Positions 47,074 to 56,822 of a stretch of DNA of 64,000 nucleotides are shown piece after piece; the stretch's first letter is position 1, and the number at the start of each line of letters is the position of its first letter. A model generated the notes under the pieces. It had not been told where the DNA came from and did no database searches. It worked only from the letters and a program-made list of their open reading frames with translations. Source of the stretch: Chloroflexota bacterium (GTDB taxonomy: Bacteria; Chloroflexota; Limnocylindria; P2-11E); assembly GCA_016191385.1 (NCBI GenBank), contig JACPOT010000011.1, positions 7,351 through 71,350 of the forward strand, written 5' to 3'. Position numbers and translations under genes: made by a program.

Positions 47074-48182
47074 GCGTGGATCCGGCCGCGCTCGACCTCG
47101 ACGCGACGGGTCGTCGTGCCTGCCGGCAGCGTTGCGGGGACCGCGGAGGTGATGAGCGCCTGGGCGTCCGCGGGGATCGCTTCGATGAGGCGCTCCTGCC
47201 GGTCGCGGTCGAGCTCGGAGAGGACGTCGTCGAGCAGGAAGACCGGCGCGGTCCCGGTGCGGCCTGTCAGCCAGGCAGCCTCGGCGAGCTTGAGGGCGAG
47301 CACGACCGCGCGCTGCTCCCCGCGCGAGGCGAATTCGGGGAGCTCCCGCCCGCCGGATCGCACGGCCAGATCCTCGCGATGCGGGCCGACCAGCGTGGTG
47401 GCCTGCCAGGCCTCCTTCTCGCGCTTCTCCGCGAGCAGAGAGCGATAGGCCTCCTCCCTCTCCGCCGCGTTCTCGCCCTCGGCGGGACTGGCGTACGCGA
47501 CATCGACGGTGTGCCCGCCGCTCCACCTCTCGATCGCGTCGCGGAACGCCGGCCGCACCTCGCGCACCGCGTGCATGCGCCGCAGCGAGATCGCGGCCGC
47601 CAGCCGGCACAGCTCCGCGTCCCAGAACGACATCTCCGCGGGCGAGCGGCCGGGCTCGTCACGGATCGCGCGCAGCAGCGCGTTGCGCTGCTCGAGCACC
47701 CGCTGGTACTCGCGCGTCTCCCCGCGATGGTGTCGGTCCACCTGGGCGATCATCGCGTCGAGGTAGCGGCGGCGAGCGCTGGGTGCCTGGCTGAGCAGCT
47801 CGACGTCCTCGGGGAAGAAGGCGACCACGACGATCCGGCCGAGTGCGTCGTCGGCGCGCTTCGGCGCGCCGTCGACGAGATAGCGGCGTGGCCGGCGGCG
47901 CTCCCCTTCCGTGGGGGCGAAGAGGACGGTCTCGACGCGCGGCGATCCGTCCTCACGCACGATCTCGGCCCCGAGTCGAGCGAGTGATGCGCCCCAGCGC
48001 ACCATCTCGGCGTCGTCGCCGGCGCGCGGCGAGTCGCCACGAGCGAGCACGTGGATGGCCTCGAGGATGTTGGTCTTGCCGGCGCCGTTGGGGCCGACGA
48101 ATGTCGTGATCCCGGGGGCGAGGTCCATCTCCGCGCGGTCATACCCGCGGAAGTCTTCAAGTGCGAGGTGTGTGACCCGCAC
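47070..48182 (-). CDS. recF: DNA replication and repair protein RecF
   Basis: Walker A GPNGAGKTNILEA. Signature and Walker B FLLDDVLSELD. Confidence 0.9.
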   Translation of the reverse strand: MRVTHLALEDFRGYDRAEMDLAPGITTFVGPNGAGKTNILEAIHVLARGDSPRAGDDAEMVRWGASLARLGAEIVREDGSPRVETVLFAPTEGERRRPRRYLVDGAPKRADDALGRIVVVAFFPEDVELLSQAPSARRRYLDAMIAQVDRHHRGETREYQRVLEQRNALLRAIRDEPGRSPAEMSFWDAELCRLAAAISLRRMHAVREVRPAFRDAIERWSGGHTVDVAYASPAEGENAAEREEAYRSLLAEKREKEAWQATTLVGPHREDLAVRSGGRELPEFASRGEQRAVVLALKLAEAAWLTGRTGTAPVFLLDDVLSELDRDRQERLIEAIPADAQALITSAVPATLPAGTTTRRVEVERGRIHA

Positions 48183-48217
48183 GGCTCAACCGTCCCCCCG
48201 GCGCGCAGACCGGGGAT

Positions 48218-49348
48218 TCAACCGGGGATGCGGAGCGGCATCACCACGTGAAGGTAGGCGTCTTCGGAGTCCCCCACGACACGCACGACGCCCGGAGCGA
48301 GGGGCCCGCCGAGCTCGAGCTTCACCTCGGCCGCGGTCAGGCTCGCCAGCGCCTCCTGGACGAAGCGGCTGTTGAAGGCGATGGTCGTGGCCTGTCCTTG
48401 GACGGTGGCCTCGATGCGGCCGGTGTTGTCGCCGACCTCGGCCGCGGTCGCGCTCACGACCAGCGGGGTGTCGCTGGTCGGGTCGACCTGGAACCGGACG
48501 ATGTTGGCCGCATCGCGCGCGAAGTACGACGCGAGGCGAGTGGCCTTGAGCAGCTCCTCGCGCTGCACGGTCACCATCGTCTGGCTCGAGCTTGGGATGA
48601 CCTGCTTGTAGTTCGGGAATTGGCCCTCGATGACGCGCGATACCAGGTCCACGTCCTCGGTGTGGAAGATGACCTGGCTCTTGTTCGGCGTGATGTAGAT
48701 CTCGACCGGGTCGTCGCTGTCGGCGAGGATGCGCTCGACCTCGAAGAGGCTCTTGGCCGGGATGATGGCCTCGAGCTTCTCCTTGACCGGCGCGAGGAGC
48801 CTGTCGCGACGAACGGAGAGCCGGTAGGGGTCCGCTGCGGCCATGAGGACCTCGTCGCCCTCGAAGGTCGTCAGCACACCGGTGAGGACCGGCCGGCTGT
48901 CGTCGGTCGCCGCGACGAAGGCGACCTCGCGGATCATGCGCCGCAGGACGCTCTGGCTCATCTTGGTCGTCGGCCTGTCGGGTATGCCTGGGATATTCGG
49001 GAACTCCTCTGCGTCGAGCCCCTTGAGATTGGCCTCGTACGCGCCGCTCCGGATATGCACCGTCTTGGTGCGCACGTTCAGCGAGAGCTCGATGGGCCCG
49101 GGGGGGAGCGAGTTCACGAAGTCCGTGAATAGCTTCGCCGGCACGGTGATGGAGCCTTCGTCGTCGACCTTGGCAGCGACCCAGCAGTTGATCCCGACCT
49201 CGAGGTTCGTCGCGGTCAACTTGAGCCGGCCGTTCTCGGTCCGGAGGAGGACATTGCCGAGGATGGGGAGCGTTGTGCGGGTGGAAACGCCCCGTCCGGT
49301 GACCTGGAGCCCGCGCGTCAGGTTCTCCTGAAGGCACGTGACCTTCAC
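48218..49348 (-). CDS. dnaN: DNA polymerase III beta subunit (sliding clamp)
   Basis: Three-domain clamp sequence. GTG start preceded by SD GGGGAAAGGGGA. The ORF-track N-terminal extension into oriC is rejected. Confidence 0.9.
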   Translation of the reverse strand: MKVTCLQENLTRGLQVTGRGVSTRTTLPILGNVLLRTENGRLKLTATNLEVGINCWVAAKVDDEGSITVPAKLFTDFVNSLPPGPIELSLNVRTKTVHIRSGAYEANLKGLDAEEFPNIPGIPDRPTTKMSQSVLRRMIREVAFVAATDDSRPVLTGVLTTFEGDEVLMAAADPYRLSVRRDRLLAPVKEKLEAIIPAKSLFEVERILADSDDPVEIYITPNKSQVIFHTEDVDLVSRVIEGQFPNYKQVIPSSSQTMVTVQREELLKATRLASYFARDAANIVRFQVDPTSDTPLVVSATAAEVGDNTGRIEATVQGQATTIAFNSRFVQEALASLTAAEVKLELGGPLAPGVVRVVGDSEDAYLHVVMPLRIPG

Positions 49349-49651
49349 GAAAGGTCCCCTTTCCCCGTCTCGTGTATCGATGATCGACTTATCAGGTAGC
49401 CGTAGTAGTGAGCGTGTGGACCATACGGCTTGCCCTCTCCGGGCGCATGGACACAAGGCCTGTGCTCCGCGGGTGTCGTGGATGAGCCGTGGAGAGATCG
49501 GGGGATCAGCGGGAGAGGGTTGCCGGGCATGTCGCGAAGCGGAACGATCGACACGCGCCCTGACGCCAACGCCTGCCCGCTTGTCCACAAATGGTGTCTG
49601 TTGTCCACACGAAATGGAGCCTTATCCACACAAAACCTCAGGAAATAGGCC
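49349..49651. promoter_or_regulatory. Chromosomal replication origin (oriC) region with DnaA-box cluster between dnaA and dnaN
   Basis: TTGTCCACA at 49581-49589 and 49601-49609, perfect TTATCCACA at 49622-49630 (spacing 20-21 bp, same orientation). Degenerate boxes GTGTGGACC (about 49424) and CGTGGATGA (about 49478). AT-richer 3' end aaaacctcaggaaatagg. Confidence 0.75.
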
Positions 49652-51055
49652 TCATTCGGCGTACAGCATCTCCCGGATCGAGCTGACCTCGCGCCGGAAA
49701 TCGTCGCTGTCGGCCATCTCGCGCTCGATCTTGTCGCAGCCGTGAAGCACGGTGGAGTGATCCCGGCCGCCGAGGGCCGCGCCGATGCGCAGCAGCGGGG
49801 CCTCGGTCTCCTCGCGCATCAGGTACATGGCGACCTGGCGCGGCAGGACGATCTGCTTGTCCCGCGCTTTCCCGCGCAGCTGTTCGACCGGGACCTGGTA
49901 GTAGCGGGCCACGATCTCGACGATCTTCTCGGGCGCGAGCGTCTGCTTCCGCGGGTTCTGCAGCAGGTGCTGGAGCATCTGCTGAGCGAGGTCCGTCGTG
50001 ACCGGGACGGCGTTGAGCGTCGCGTATGCGAGCACGCGGGTGAGCGCGCCCTCCAGCTCGCGGATGTTCGAGACGATCCTCTGCGCCAGGTAGTCGATGA
50101 CCGGGGGCGGGATCGCGGCGTTCTGCGCCTCCGCTTTCGCCCGCAGGATCGCGATCCGCGTCTCGAGATCCGGCGGCGATATGTCGGCGATGAGGCCCCA
50201 CTCGAACCGCGAGCGCAACCGCTCTTCCAGGCTCGCGATGGCCTTCGGCGGCCGGTCGCTCGAGAGGACGATCTGCTTCCCCTCTTCATGTATGGCGTTG
50301 AACGTGTGGAAGAACTCGTCCTGCGTGCCTTCCTTGCCCGCGATGAACTGGATGTCGTCGATGAGGAGCACGTCGATGCGCCGGTAGCGCTCGCGGAACT
50401 CCTCGGTCTTCTGGCTACGGATGGAATTGATGAACTCGTTCGTGAACTTCTCGCTCGTGGCGTACGCGACGCGCTTCCGCGGATGTCGCGACATGACCGC
50501 GTTGCCGATCGCGTGCATCAGGTGCGTCTTCCCGAGCCCGCTGCCCCCGTAGACGAAGAGCGGGTTGTAGGAATGGCCCGGCCGCTCCGCCACGGACAGC
50601 GCCGCGGCGTGCGCCAGACGGTTGTTGGAGCCCACGACGAATGTCGAGAACGCGTACCGCGGGTTGAGGACGGCGCTCGCCGCGCCCTCGCGGCGCTCGG
50701 CGGGCGGAGGCGCGCTCGGGGCCTTTTCCGGAACGATCCCGGGCTTCGGGCCACTCGCGGGCTTGGCGCCGGCGCCGGGGGACGTCACGAAACGGACCTC
50801 GACGGTGCGCCCGACGATGCGCTGGAGCGCCTGGCGGACCTGGGGCCGGAACTTCTCCTCGAGCCACTGCCGGGCGAAGGCGTTCGGGACCCCGACGCAG
50901 TAGACGTCGTCCTCTTCGGACACGATGACCGTGTCCTTGAACCACGTGTCGAAGTTCGCCTTGGTGATGGCGAGCTGGATCTCACCAAGGACGGCAGACC
51001 ATATCTGCTTCGCATCGACGCGGCCCTCTACGTTTCCGATCGTGACCTTCCCCAT
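49652..51055 (-). CDS. dnaA: Chromosomal replication initiator protein DnaA
   Basis: Domain I. AAA+ GGSGLGKTHLMHAIGN. Walker B LLIDDIQF. Domain IV HTH. Confidence 0.95.
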   Translation of the reverse strand: MGKVTIGNVEGRVDAKQIWSAVLGEIQLAITKANFDTWFKDTVIVSEEDDVYCVGVPNAFARQWLEEKFRPQVRQALQRIVGRTVEVRFVTSPGAGAKPASGPKPGIVPEKAPSAPPPAERREGAASAVLNPRYAFSTFVVGSNNRLAHAAALSVAERPGHSYNPLFVYGGSGLGKTHLMHAIGNAVMSRHPRKRVAYATSEKFTNEFINSIRSQKTEEFRERYRRIDVLLIDDIQFIAGKEGTQDEFFHTFNAIHEEGKQIVLSSDRPPKAIASLEERLRSRFEWGLIADISPPDLETRIAILRAKAEAQNAAIPPPVIDYLAQRIVSNIRELEGALTRVLAYATLNAVPVTTDLAQQMLQHLLQNPRKQTLAPEKIVEIVARYYQVPVEQLRGKARDKQIVLPRQVAMYLMREETEAPLLRIGAALGGRDHSTVLHGCDKIEREMADSDDFRREVSSIREMLYAE

Positions 51056-51240
51056 CTGCGACTGCGAGCCCGACGCGTTGCCACACCGCCATGGATCGCG
51101 AACGCGAAGCCACCCCGTAGAGGACCGCCCTTGGAAGCGCGCGAACTATATCGGACCGCTAGACTGATCGCACAACTCAGAGGGGACCGCATTGATCACT
51201 TCGATGGCGCCCCGCACATTTCCGAGAAGGGAACTCCGAC

Positions 51241-51381
51241 GTGAAGCGTACGTATCAGCCCAAACAACGCCGCCGCGCGCGCGTGCATGGCTTTCGCGCG
51301 CGCATGAGCTCGACCGGCGGCCGCGTGGTGCTCGCTCGTCGCCGCGCTCGCGGTCGCAAGCGTCTCACCGTCTCTCGCTGA
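51241..51381 (+). CDS. rpmH: 50S ribosomal protein L34
   Basis: GTG start. [46 protein letters not shown]. Not in the ORF track, which appears to list only ORFs of 60 aa or more. Confidence 0.9.
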   Translation: MKRTYQPKQRRRARVHGFRARMSSTGGRVVLARRRARGRKRLTVSR

Positions 51382-51388
51382 CCCGTTC

Positions 51389-51724
51389 ATGCGGGCGGAA
51401 CGCCTGCGTCGCACGCGGGACATCGAGCTCGTGCGCCGTTCCGGCGATGTCCGGAGCGATCGCCATTTCACCGTGCGGTCGCGCCGCAACGGGCTCGACG
51501 TCGTGCGCGTCGCCGTGGCCTCTCCCCGCGCTGTCGGCGGTGCCGTGACGCGCAGTCGCGCCCGCAGGCGTGTCCGCGAGGCCATCCGCACACAGCTCTT
51601 GGCCCGTTCCGCGGCCCCCGGAACAGACCTGCTCGTCGTGACCCGCGCCCCCGCCGTCGACGCCCCGGCTGCGCTCCTGCGCGAAGCGGTCTCGCGGCAT
51701 CTCGACGCGGTGCTGGCCACGTGA
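51389..51724 (+). CDS. rnpA: Ribonuclease P protein component
   Basis: Position after rpmH. Basic RnpA-like sequence ERLRRTRDIELV. Confidence 0.85.
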   Translation: MRAERLRRTRDIELVRRSGDVRSDRHFTVRSRRNGLDVVRVAVASPRAVGGAVTRSRARRRVREAIRTQLLARSAAPGTDLLVVTRAPAVDAPAALLREAVSRHLDAVLAT

Positions 51725-51945
51725 CCGCCGTCGTTCTCGCCGCCCTGCGCTGGTACAAGCGCGCCGTGAGCCCGATGCTGCCGCCGGCCTGCCGCTACAC
51801 GCCGACCTGCTCGGAATACGCCACGGAGGCCATCGAGACCCACGGCCTCGCGGGCGGCACCGTGCTGGCCGTACGGCGCGTCCTCTCGTGCCACCCGTTC
51901 GCGCGGGGCGGGTACGACCCCGTCCCGCAGCGAGGGAGCCGCTAG
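51721..51945 (+). CDS. yidD: Membrane protein insertion efficiency factor YidD
   Basis: LRWYKRAVSP...CRYTPTCSEYA...HG is the YidD signature. GTG overlaps the rnpA stop. Confidence 0.85.
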   Translation: MTAVVLAALRWYKRAVSPMLPPACRYTPTCSEYATEAIETHGLAGGTVLAVRRVLSCHPFARGGYDPVPQRGSR

Positions 51946-52889
51946 TGGAGTTCCTGGCCCCCTACTGGAACTTCCTCCTGGTCCATCCGTTGCTCTCGCT
52001 GCTGATCGCCGCGTACGGCTTCCTCCGCGACTTCGGGCTCGCGATCGTCGTCGTCACGTTCGGGATCCGGCTCGCGCTCTACCCGCTCTTCGTGACGCAG
52101 ATCCGCTCGCAGCGCGCGATGCAGGAGGTCGGCCCCGCCCTCAACGAGCTCAAGGCCAAGTACGGCAAGGACCGCCAGCGCATGGCCGAAGAGCAGATGA
52201 AGCTCTACCGCGAACGAGGCGTGAACCCGGCCATGGGCTGCCTCCCGCTGCTGATACAGATGCCGATCCTCTTCGCGATGTACGCGGCGTTCATCCAGGC
52301 GCCGCTCCTCACGGGCGACCAGGTCCGCGAGCTGCTGTGGAACATCTCGTTCGTGCGCGACGCTCTCGCGCCGGGCCAGACCCTCGACACGACCGCGAAC
52401 TGGCTGCCGTGGATAGCGGACTGCCCGGGGCCGAATGGCACGACACTCCGTGGTCTCGCGTGTAACGACCAGCTCTACGTGCTGCCGATCCTCGCGGGCA
52501 TCTCGCAGCTGATCGCGTCGCTGATGGCGCAGCCGGCGAAGATGCCGGCCACCCAGGATCCGCAGGCCAAGATGATGCAATCGATGGTCTATTACTTCCC
52601 GATCATCACGGTCGTAATCGCGGCCGGGCTGCCCGCGGGTCTCGCGGTCTACTGGGTCAGCACCACGATCTTCCAGATCGCGCAGCAGTACTTCGTGACG
52701 GGATGGGGGCAGCTTCCGCGCTGGATCCCGTTCCTTCGCGGGATCCCCACGCCGGCGGATCGCGCCATCGCGCGCGGGCAGCGCGCCGCGATCGCCGAGG
52801 TCGAAGCGGACATGAGCGCGACGCCTGTCAAGGTGGAGGAGTCGGACGAGCGAAGCCGCGCGCGGCGGCGTCGCAGGAGGGGACGATGA
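51945..52889 (+). CDS. yidC: Membrane protein insertase YidC/Oxa1 (short form)
   Basis: 60 kDa_IMP motifs LYPLFVTQIRSQRAMQEV...MGCLPLLIQMPILFAMY. GTG start overlaps the yidD stop (TAGTG). Confidence 0.85.
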   Translation: MEFLAPYWNFLLVHPLLSLLIAAYGFLRDFGLAIVVVTFGIRLALYPLFVTQIRSQRAMQEVGPALNELKAKYGKDRQRMAEEQMKLYRERGVNPAMGCLPLLIQMPILFAMYAAFIQAPLLTGDQVRELLWNISFVRDALAPGQTLDTTANWLPWIADCPGPNGTTLRGLACNDQLYVLPILAGISQLIASLMAQPAKMPATQDPQAKMMQSMVYYFPIITVVIAAGLPAGLAVYWVSTTIFQIAQQYFVTGWGQLPRWIPFLRGIPTPADRAIARGQRAAIAEVEADMSATPVKVEESDERSRARRRRRRGR

Positions 52890-53785
52890 GCCCGATGCGC
52901 GGCGACGAATTCACCGGCCGCTCCGTCGAGGAGGCCATCGAGCGCGGCCTGCGCGAGCTCGGAAGGCGACGCGACCAGGTCGACATCGAGGTCCTCGAGA
53001 AGGGGAAGCCGGCGAACATGCTGGGCCTGGGCGGCGAGGACGCGCGCGTCCTGCTGTCCTACGAGGAGGCGGCCGAGCCGGAGGCGCAGCCCACGCCGGA
53101 TGAGGCCGAGGTCCCCCGGCGGCCCCAGGGCGAGCGCGTCGCGCGCCAGGAGGACGACGAAGAGGCCGCCGCCGCGTACGCGGAAGAGCTGCCCGTCGGC
53201 GCCGCGGTGATGACGGAGCTGCTCGAGGTCATGGGCATCCAGGCCGACGTGCAGATCGAGCAGATCCCGGGCCGCGAGGGCCTCGAGGTCGTCGGCCAGG
53301 ATCTCGGTGTGCTCATCGGACGCGGTGGTGAGAACCTCGTCGCCCTTGGGCAGGTCGTGTCCGCCATCACGTCGCGCCGCGTCGGCCGCACGGTGCACGT
53401 GCCCATCGACATCGAGGGCTACCGGCGCAAGCGCGAGGATCAGCTGCGCGAGGTGGCCCACCGCGTGGCGGAGCGGGTGAAGGCGACCGGCCAGGCCGTG
53501 ACGCTCGAGCCGATGCTGGCCTACGAGCGGCGCATCGTGCACCTCGTGGTGCAAGGGACGGCGGGCCTACGCACCGAGTCCGTGGGGATCGAGCCCAACC
53601 GGCGCGTCGTCATCCAGTCGACCGCGCCCGGGGCGCGCGGGCCCGCGGGTCCCCGGCCCTTCGTGCCGCGCGGTCCCGGCGGGCCCATCCGGCGGCCCGG
53701 CTCCGGCCCGCGGCGTACGTTCGGCGCACGGCCCGGCGGCTTCCAGTCCCGGTACGGGCCGCCCCGGAGGCCGAGCGGGTCCTGA
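52886..53785 (+). CDS. jag: Jag/KhpB-like RNA-binding protein (KH + R3H domains)
   Basis: Jag_N EAIERGLRELG, KH-like GxxG (LIGRGGENL), R3H LEPMLAYERRIVH. ATGA-coupled to yidC. Gly/Pro/Arg-rich C-terminal tail. Confidence 0.8.
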   Translation: MSPMRGDEFTGRSVEEAIERGLRELGRRRDQVDIEVLEKGKPANMLGLGGEDARVLLSYEEAAEPEAQPTPDEAEVPRRPQGERVARQEDDEEAAAAYAEELPVGAAVMTELLEVMGIQADVQIEQIPGREGLEVVGQDLGVLIGRGGENLVALGQVVSAITSRRVGRTVHVPIDIEGYRRKREDQLREVAHRVAERVKATGQAVTLEPMLAYERRIVHLVVQGTAGLRTESVGIEPNRRVVIQSTAPGARGPAGPRPFVPRGPGGPIRRPGSGPRRTFGARPGGFQSRYGPPRRPSGS

Positions 53786-53867
53786 GCGCGTTCCACCTCG
53801 GTCGCATCAGCCCCTGAACGCGTCAGCGTCTACAGACCCGCACCACTCCAGCCGCTAGCGTCGCGCC

Positions 53868-55094
53868 ATGCTCCAGCCGCACGTCCCCGAGGTCGTCCGC
53901 CGCAACTTCCGCATCGACCTCTTCGGTGGCATCTGCTCGGGGATCTACGTCGCCGTGGTCGTCGGATTCATGCCCGTGATCATCCGCCGCATGGGCGGAT
54001 CTACGACCGACGTCGCTCTCGTCGTGGCCGCGCCGTTCATCGGGCATCTGCTCTCGCCGATCGGGATCTACCTGCTCTCGGGACTGCCCCCGGTCCGCGT
54101 CGTGGCCGGTGTCGTCACGACCGGACGCGTGGTCTTCCTCGCGGGCGTGCTCGTCGCGACGACGCCGCTCATGCTCGGAGCGACGACGGTCGTCTTCTGG
54201 GTCGTCAACCTCGCGAACGTGGCCGCCTACACGACGGTCATGGCCGCGATCTATCCCGACCGCGAGCGAGCTCAGGCCATGGGCAAGGTCCGGATGGGCG
54301 CCGCGGTCGCCTCACTTGCCACCGCGGCGATCGCGGGGATCCTCTTCGACACGATGTCGGCGACGCTGGTCTTCGCGGCGGCCACGATCATCTCCTTCCC
54401 CGGCGCGGTCGGCTTTTTCTGGATCCGCGAGGAGGGCCGCGCCGAGGTGCCGCCCCGCCGGCCGATGTCGCGCATCGCCCGTGAGGTCTGGAGCGACCTG
54501 CGCTATCGCGACCTGCTCATCGCCCACAGCGTGTTCGGCCTCGGGAACCTCATGAACGCGACCGTCATCCCGCTGATGCTGGTCGACCACTTCGACGCCC
54601 CGAACACCTTCATCGGCCTGATGGCCGCGCTGACGTCGGCGGTCGCGGTCGTCTCCTACATCTTCTGGGGGCGGCTCATCGATCGAGGCTCATCGCTGAT
54701 GCTCTCGGCCTACAGCTGCGCGTTGCTCCTCGCCGTCCCGCTCACGTACCTGTTCGCGCCGACGGTGTGGTGGTTGCTGCCGGTCGCCGTGGTGACGGGC
54801 ATCGTGAACACGGGGTTCGAGATCACCTTCCACACGAACATCGTGCAGATCGCTCCGCGAGGACGCGTGCTCGATTACGCCACGGCGCAGTCTTTCGCCC
54901 TCGGGGTCCGCGGGACCGTCGCGCCGTTCCTCGCGTCGATCCTCATCGGCGTGTTCGGCGGCAGCGCGTACCCGGTCCTGTTCGTGATCATCACGCTGAT
55001 GGTCATCGGGACCGTGATGTACTACCGCGCCGCGCGCGAGTTCGCCCCGACGCGCGAGGCGCTCGTCGTGGAGACCGCCCCGGCTACTTCTTAG
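53868..55094 (+). CDS. MFS transporter
   Basis: 12 predicted TM helices. MFS-like loop between TM2 and TM3. Confidence 0.7.
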   Translation: MLQPHVPEVVRRNFRIDLFGGICSGIYVAVVVGFMPVIIRRMGGSTTDVALVVAAPFIGHLLSPIGIYLLSGLPPVRVVAGVVTTGRVVFLAGVLVATTPLMLGATTVVFWVVNLANVAAYTTVMAAIYPDRERAQAMGKVRMGAAVASLATAAIAGILFDTMSATLVFAAATIISFPGAVGFFWIREEGRAEVPPRRPMSRIAREVWSDLRYRDLLIAHSVFGLGNLMNATVIPLMLVDHFDAPNTFIGLMAALTSAVAVVSYIFWGRLIDRGSSLMLSAYSCALLLAVPLTYLFAPTVWWLLPVAVVTGIVNTGFEITFHTNIVQIAPRGRVLDYATAQSFALGVRGTVAPFLASILIGVFGGSAYPVLFVIITLMVIGTVMYYRAAREFAPTREALVVETAPATS

Positions 55095-55189
55095 AGGAGC
55101 CGAGCGAGGATCCGGCTGTGCCGGTCCGAGCGAGTCCGCAAGTAGCGGAGCGGCAGCCGCGAAGCGAGCCCCGCGGGGCGAGCCGACGG

Positions 55190-55972
55190 CTAACGAATGG
55201 GGATGCCGTTCGAGCGCATGGCGGTCGCGAAGCGCTGCGCGATCAGCTCGTAGCCCGCGTCGGAGGGATGGAATCCGTCCGCTGACACCGTCACGCTGCT
55301 CATGAGCTCCGCTGACCCGCTGTTGAGGTCGACGACACGCACCCGACCCGGGTATCTGGCGGCGAGCGTGATGATGCCGGCGTTGAAGGTCTGCACCGTC
55401 GCGAGCATGACCAGGGGGTCCACGTTGGCGTACGCCGGGACCGCGCGAAGGTCCGGGACCGTGCCGACGAAGACCCGTGCGCCCGTCCCCTGCACCAGGG
55501 CGGCGACGATCGCGTCGAGGGCCGCGGCATGGTCCTTCGGCGGCACCCCGGCGTTGATGTCATTGACCGCGAGCCACACCGTGACGATCGTGGGCTGCTC
55601 GGCGATGGCGATGGGCAGCTGCTCGCGCTGCGCTTGCGCGGTGAGCGACCCGGACACGCCGATATTGCGATAGGTGCTGCCGGGCGGCAGCAGCGCCGCG
55701 AGCCGCGACGGCCACGACCCCGTGCTCGGGTCCAGCGAGCCGATGCCGACGGTGTCCGACGCGCCGATCGCGACGTAGTGGACCGCGCCCGAGGCGCGCA
55801 CGACCGGCGTCCCCGAGGGGATCGCCGTCGCGCTGCCCGACGGTGCCGGTGTGCGCGCCGGCGGTGGGCTCGCCGGCGGCCGTGTCGGCGTCGCGGTGCG
55901 CGGGGCCGGCGATGGAGCGGCTGCGGGTGCGCATGCGGCGACGATCACGACCATCACGAGCAAGGCTCGCAT
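55190..55972 (-). CDS. SGNH/GDSL hydrolase family lipoprotein
   Basis: Lipobox IVAACAP. Block I GASDTVG. Block V DGFHPS. Pro-rich linker. Confidence 0.8.
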   Translation of the reverse strand: MRALLVMVVIVAACAPAAAPSPAPRTATPTRPPASPPPARTPAPSGSATAIPSGTPVVRASGAVHYVAIGASDTVGIGSLDPSTGSWPSRLAALLPPGSTYRNIGVSGSLTAQAQREQLPIAIAEQPTIVTVWLAVNDINAGVPPKDHAAALDAIVAALVQGTGARVFVGTVPDLRAVPAYANVDPLVMLATVQTFNAGIITLAARYPGRVRVVDLNSGSAELMSSVTVSADGFHPSDAGYELIAQRFATAMRSNGIPIR

Positions 55973-56049
55973 CGATCACGAGCGTATGCGCCGGTCGCCG
56001 GCCGACCGAGCCCGATGCGGTACGATCCACCTGTCCCTCGAGGGACCGC

Positions 56050-56400
56050 GGGGATGCGTGGTTTCGACAGGGCGGGAAAGCGATCCGTTGCGAGCCGGGG
56101 GTTTGCCGTTGACCCCGTGAACCTGACGGCAGGCAGACAACTGCCAACACTTCTTACGCCCTCGCTGCTTAAACAGTGAGCGTTCTGCCGGTCCACCCTC
56201 CGCGGGCCGGTAAGAGCGATAAAAGCGGAGGTGCTGCCCGCCGACGTCCGGTGAGCGGGCCCAAGACAACGGGACTGGCTTGGACCGAGAGCCCGTCGGT
56301 GGGCGCTCGGACCAGCGAGACAAAAGATCGCCGACGAGGCTTCGTGGACGCGGATCGTTCGATCGTCTTGGACGGGGAGTTCGACCCTCCCCCATCTCCA
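56050..56400 (+). ncRNA. ssrA: Transfer-messenger RNA (tmRNA, SsrA)
   Basis: 5' GGGGATGCGTGGTTTCGACAGGG pairs with 3' CATCTCC (G3:U wobble), followed by discriminator A. T-arm GGGGAG-TTCGACC-CTCCCC. Tag ORF GCC AAC ACT TCT TAC GCC CTC GCT GCT TAA (56143-56172) encodes ANTSYALAA. Confidence 0.85.
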
Positions 56401-56822
56401 CAGGGACCTGGAGCCCGACGGTCGGCTGAGCCCGAAAGCTGAAGATGGCGCGATCGAGCCGATCTGAAGGCTCGATCCGTCAATCTGAAAGCAGCGCTGG
56501 CGTCGGGGCTCGGCCGGAGCGCGAGATTCCCGAAAGGAATTAGGGACGGCGCCGGGTGTCATGGTGAGCTCCTGCGCCAACGTGCGTTTTCACATTGAGC
56601 CCCGGCCGGACTCACGGGCTTTCACCTCGCTCGATGTGAAAGCGGGTTTGGCGCTGGAGCTCACGACGAGCCTTCATATCGCCGGATCCGAAGTCCTGCT
56701 CCGGCGTGAAGTGAAGGCCGGTGTGGCGCGGCAACGGGCTCAATCTCGGCTTGCATCCCCAGCCCATCGCCGCGGTCGCTAAGGGTCTTGCCAACGTGGT
56801 GAGGACGTGGTAGATAGAACTG

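Noticed and set aside
55954-56580. 208-aa - strand ORF and several 60-140 aa ORFs covering the 56000-56800 region.
   Set aside because: The region is fully explained by the + strand tmRNA gene and a non-coding spacer. The translations are low complexity.
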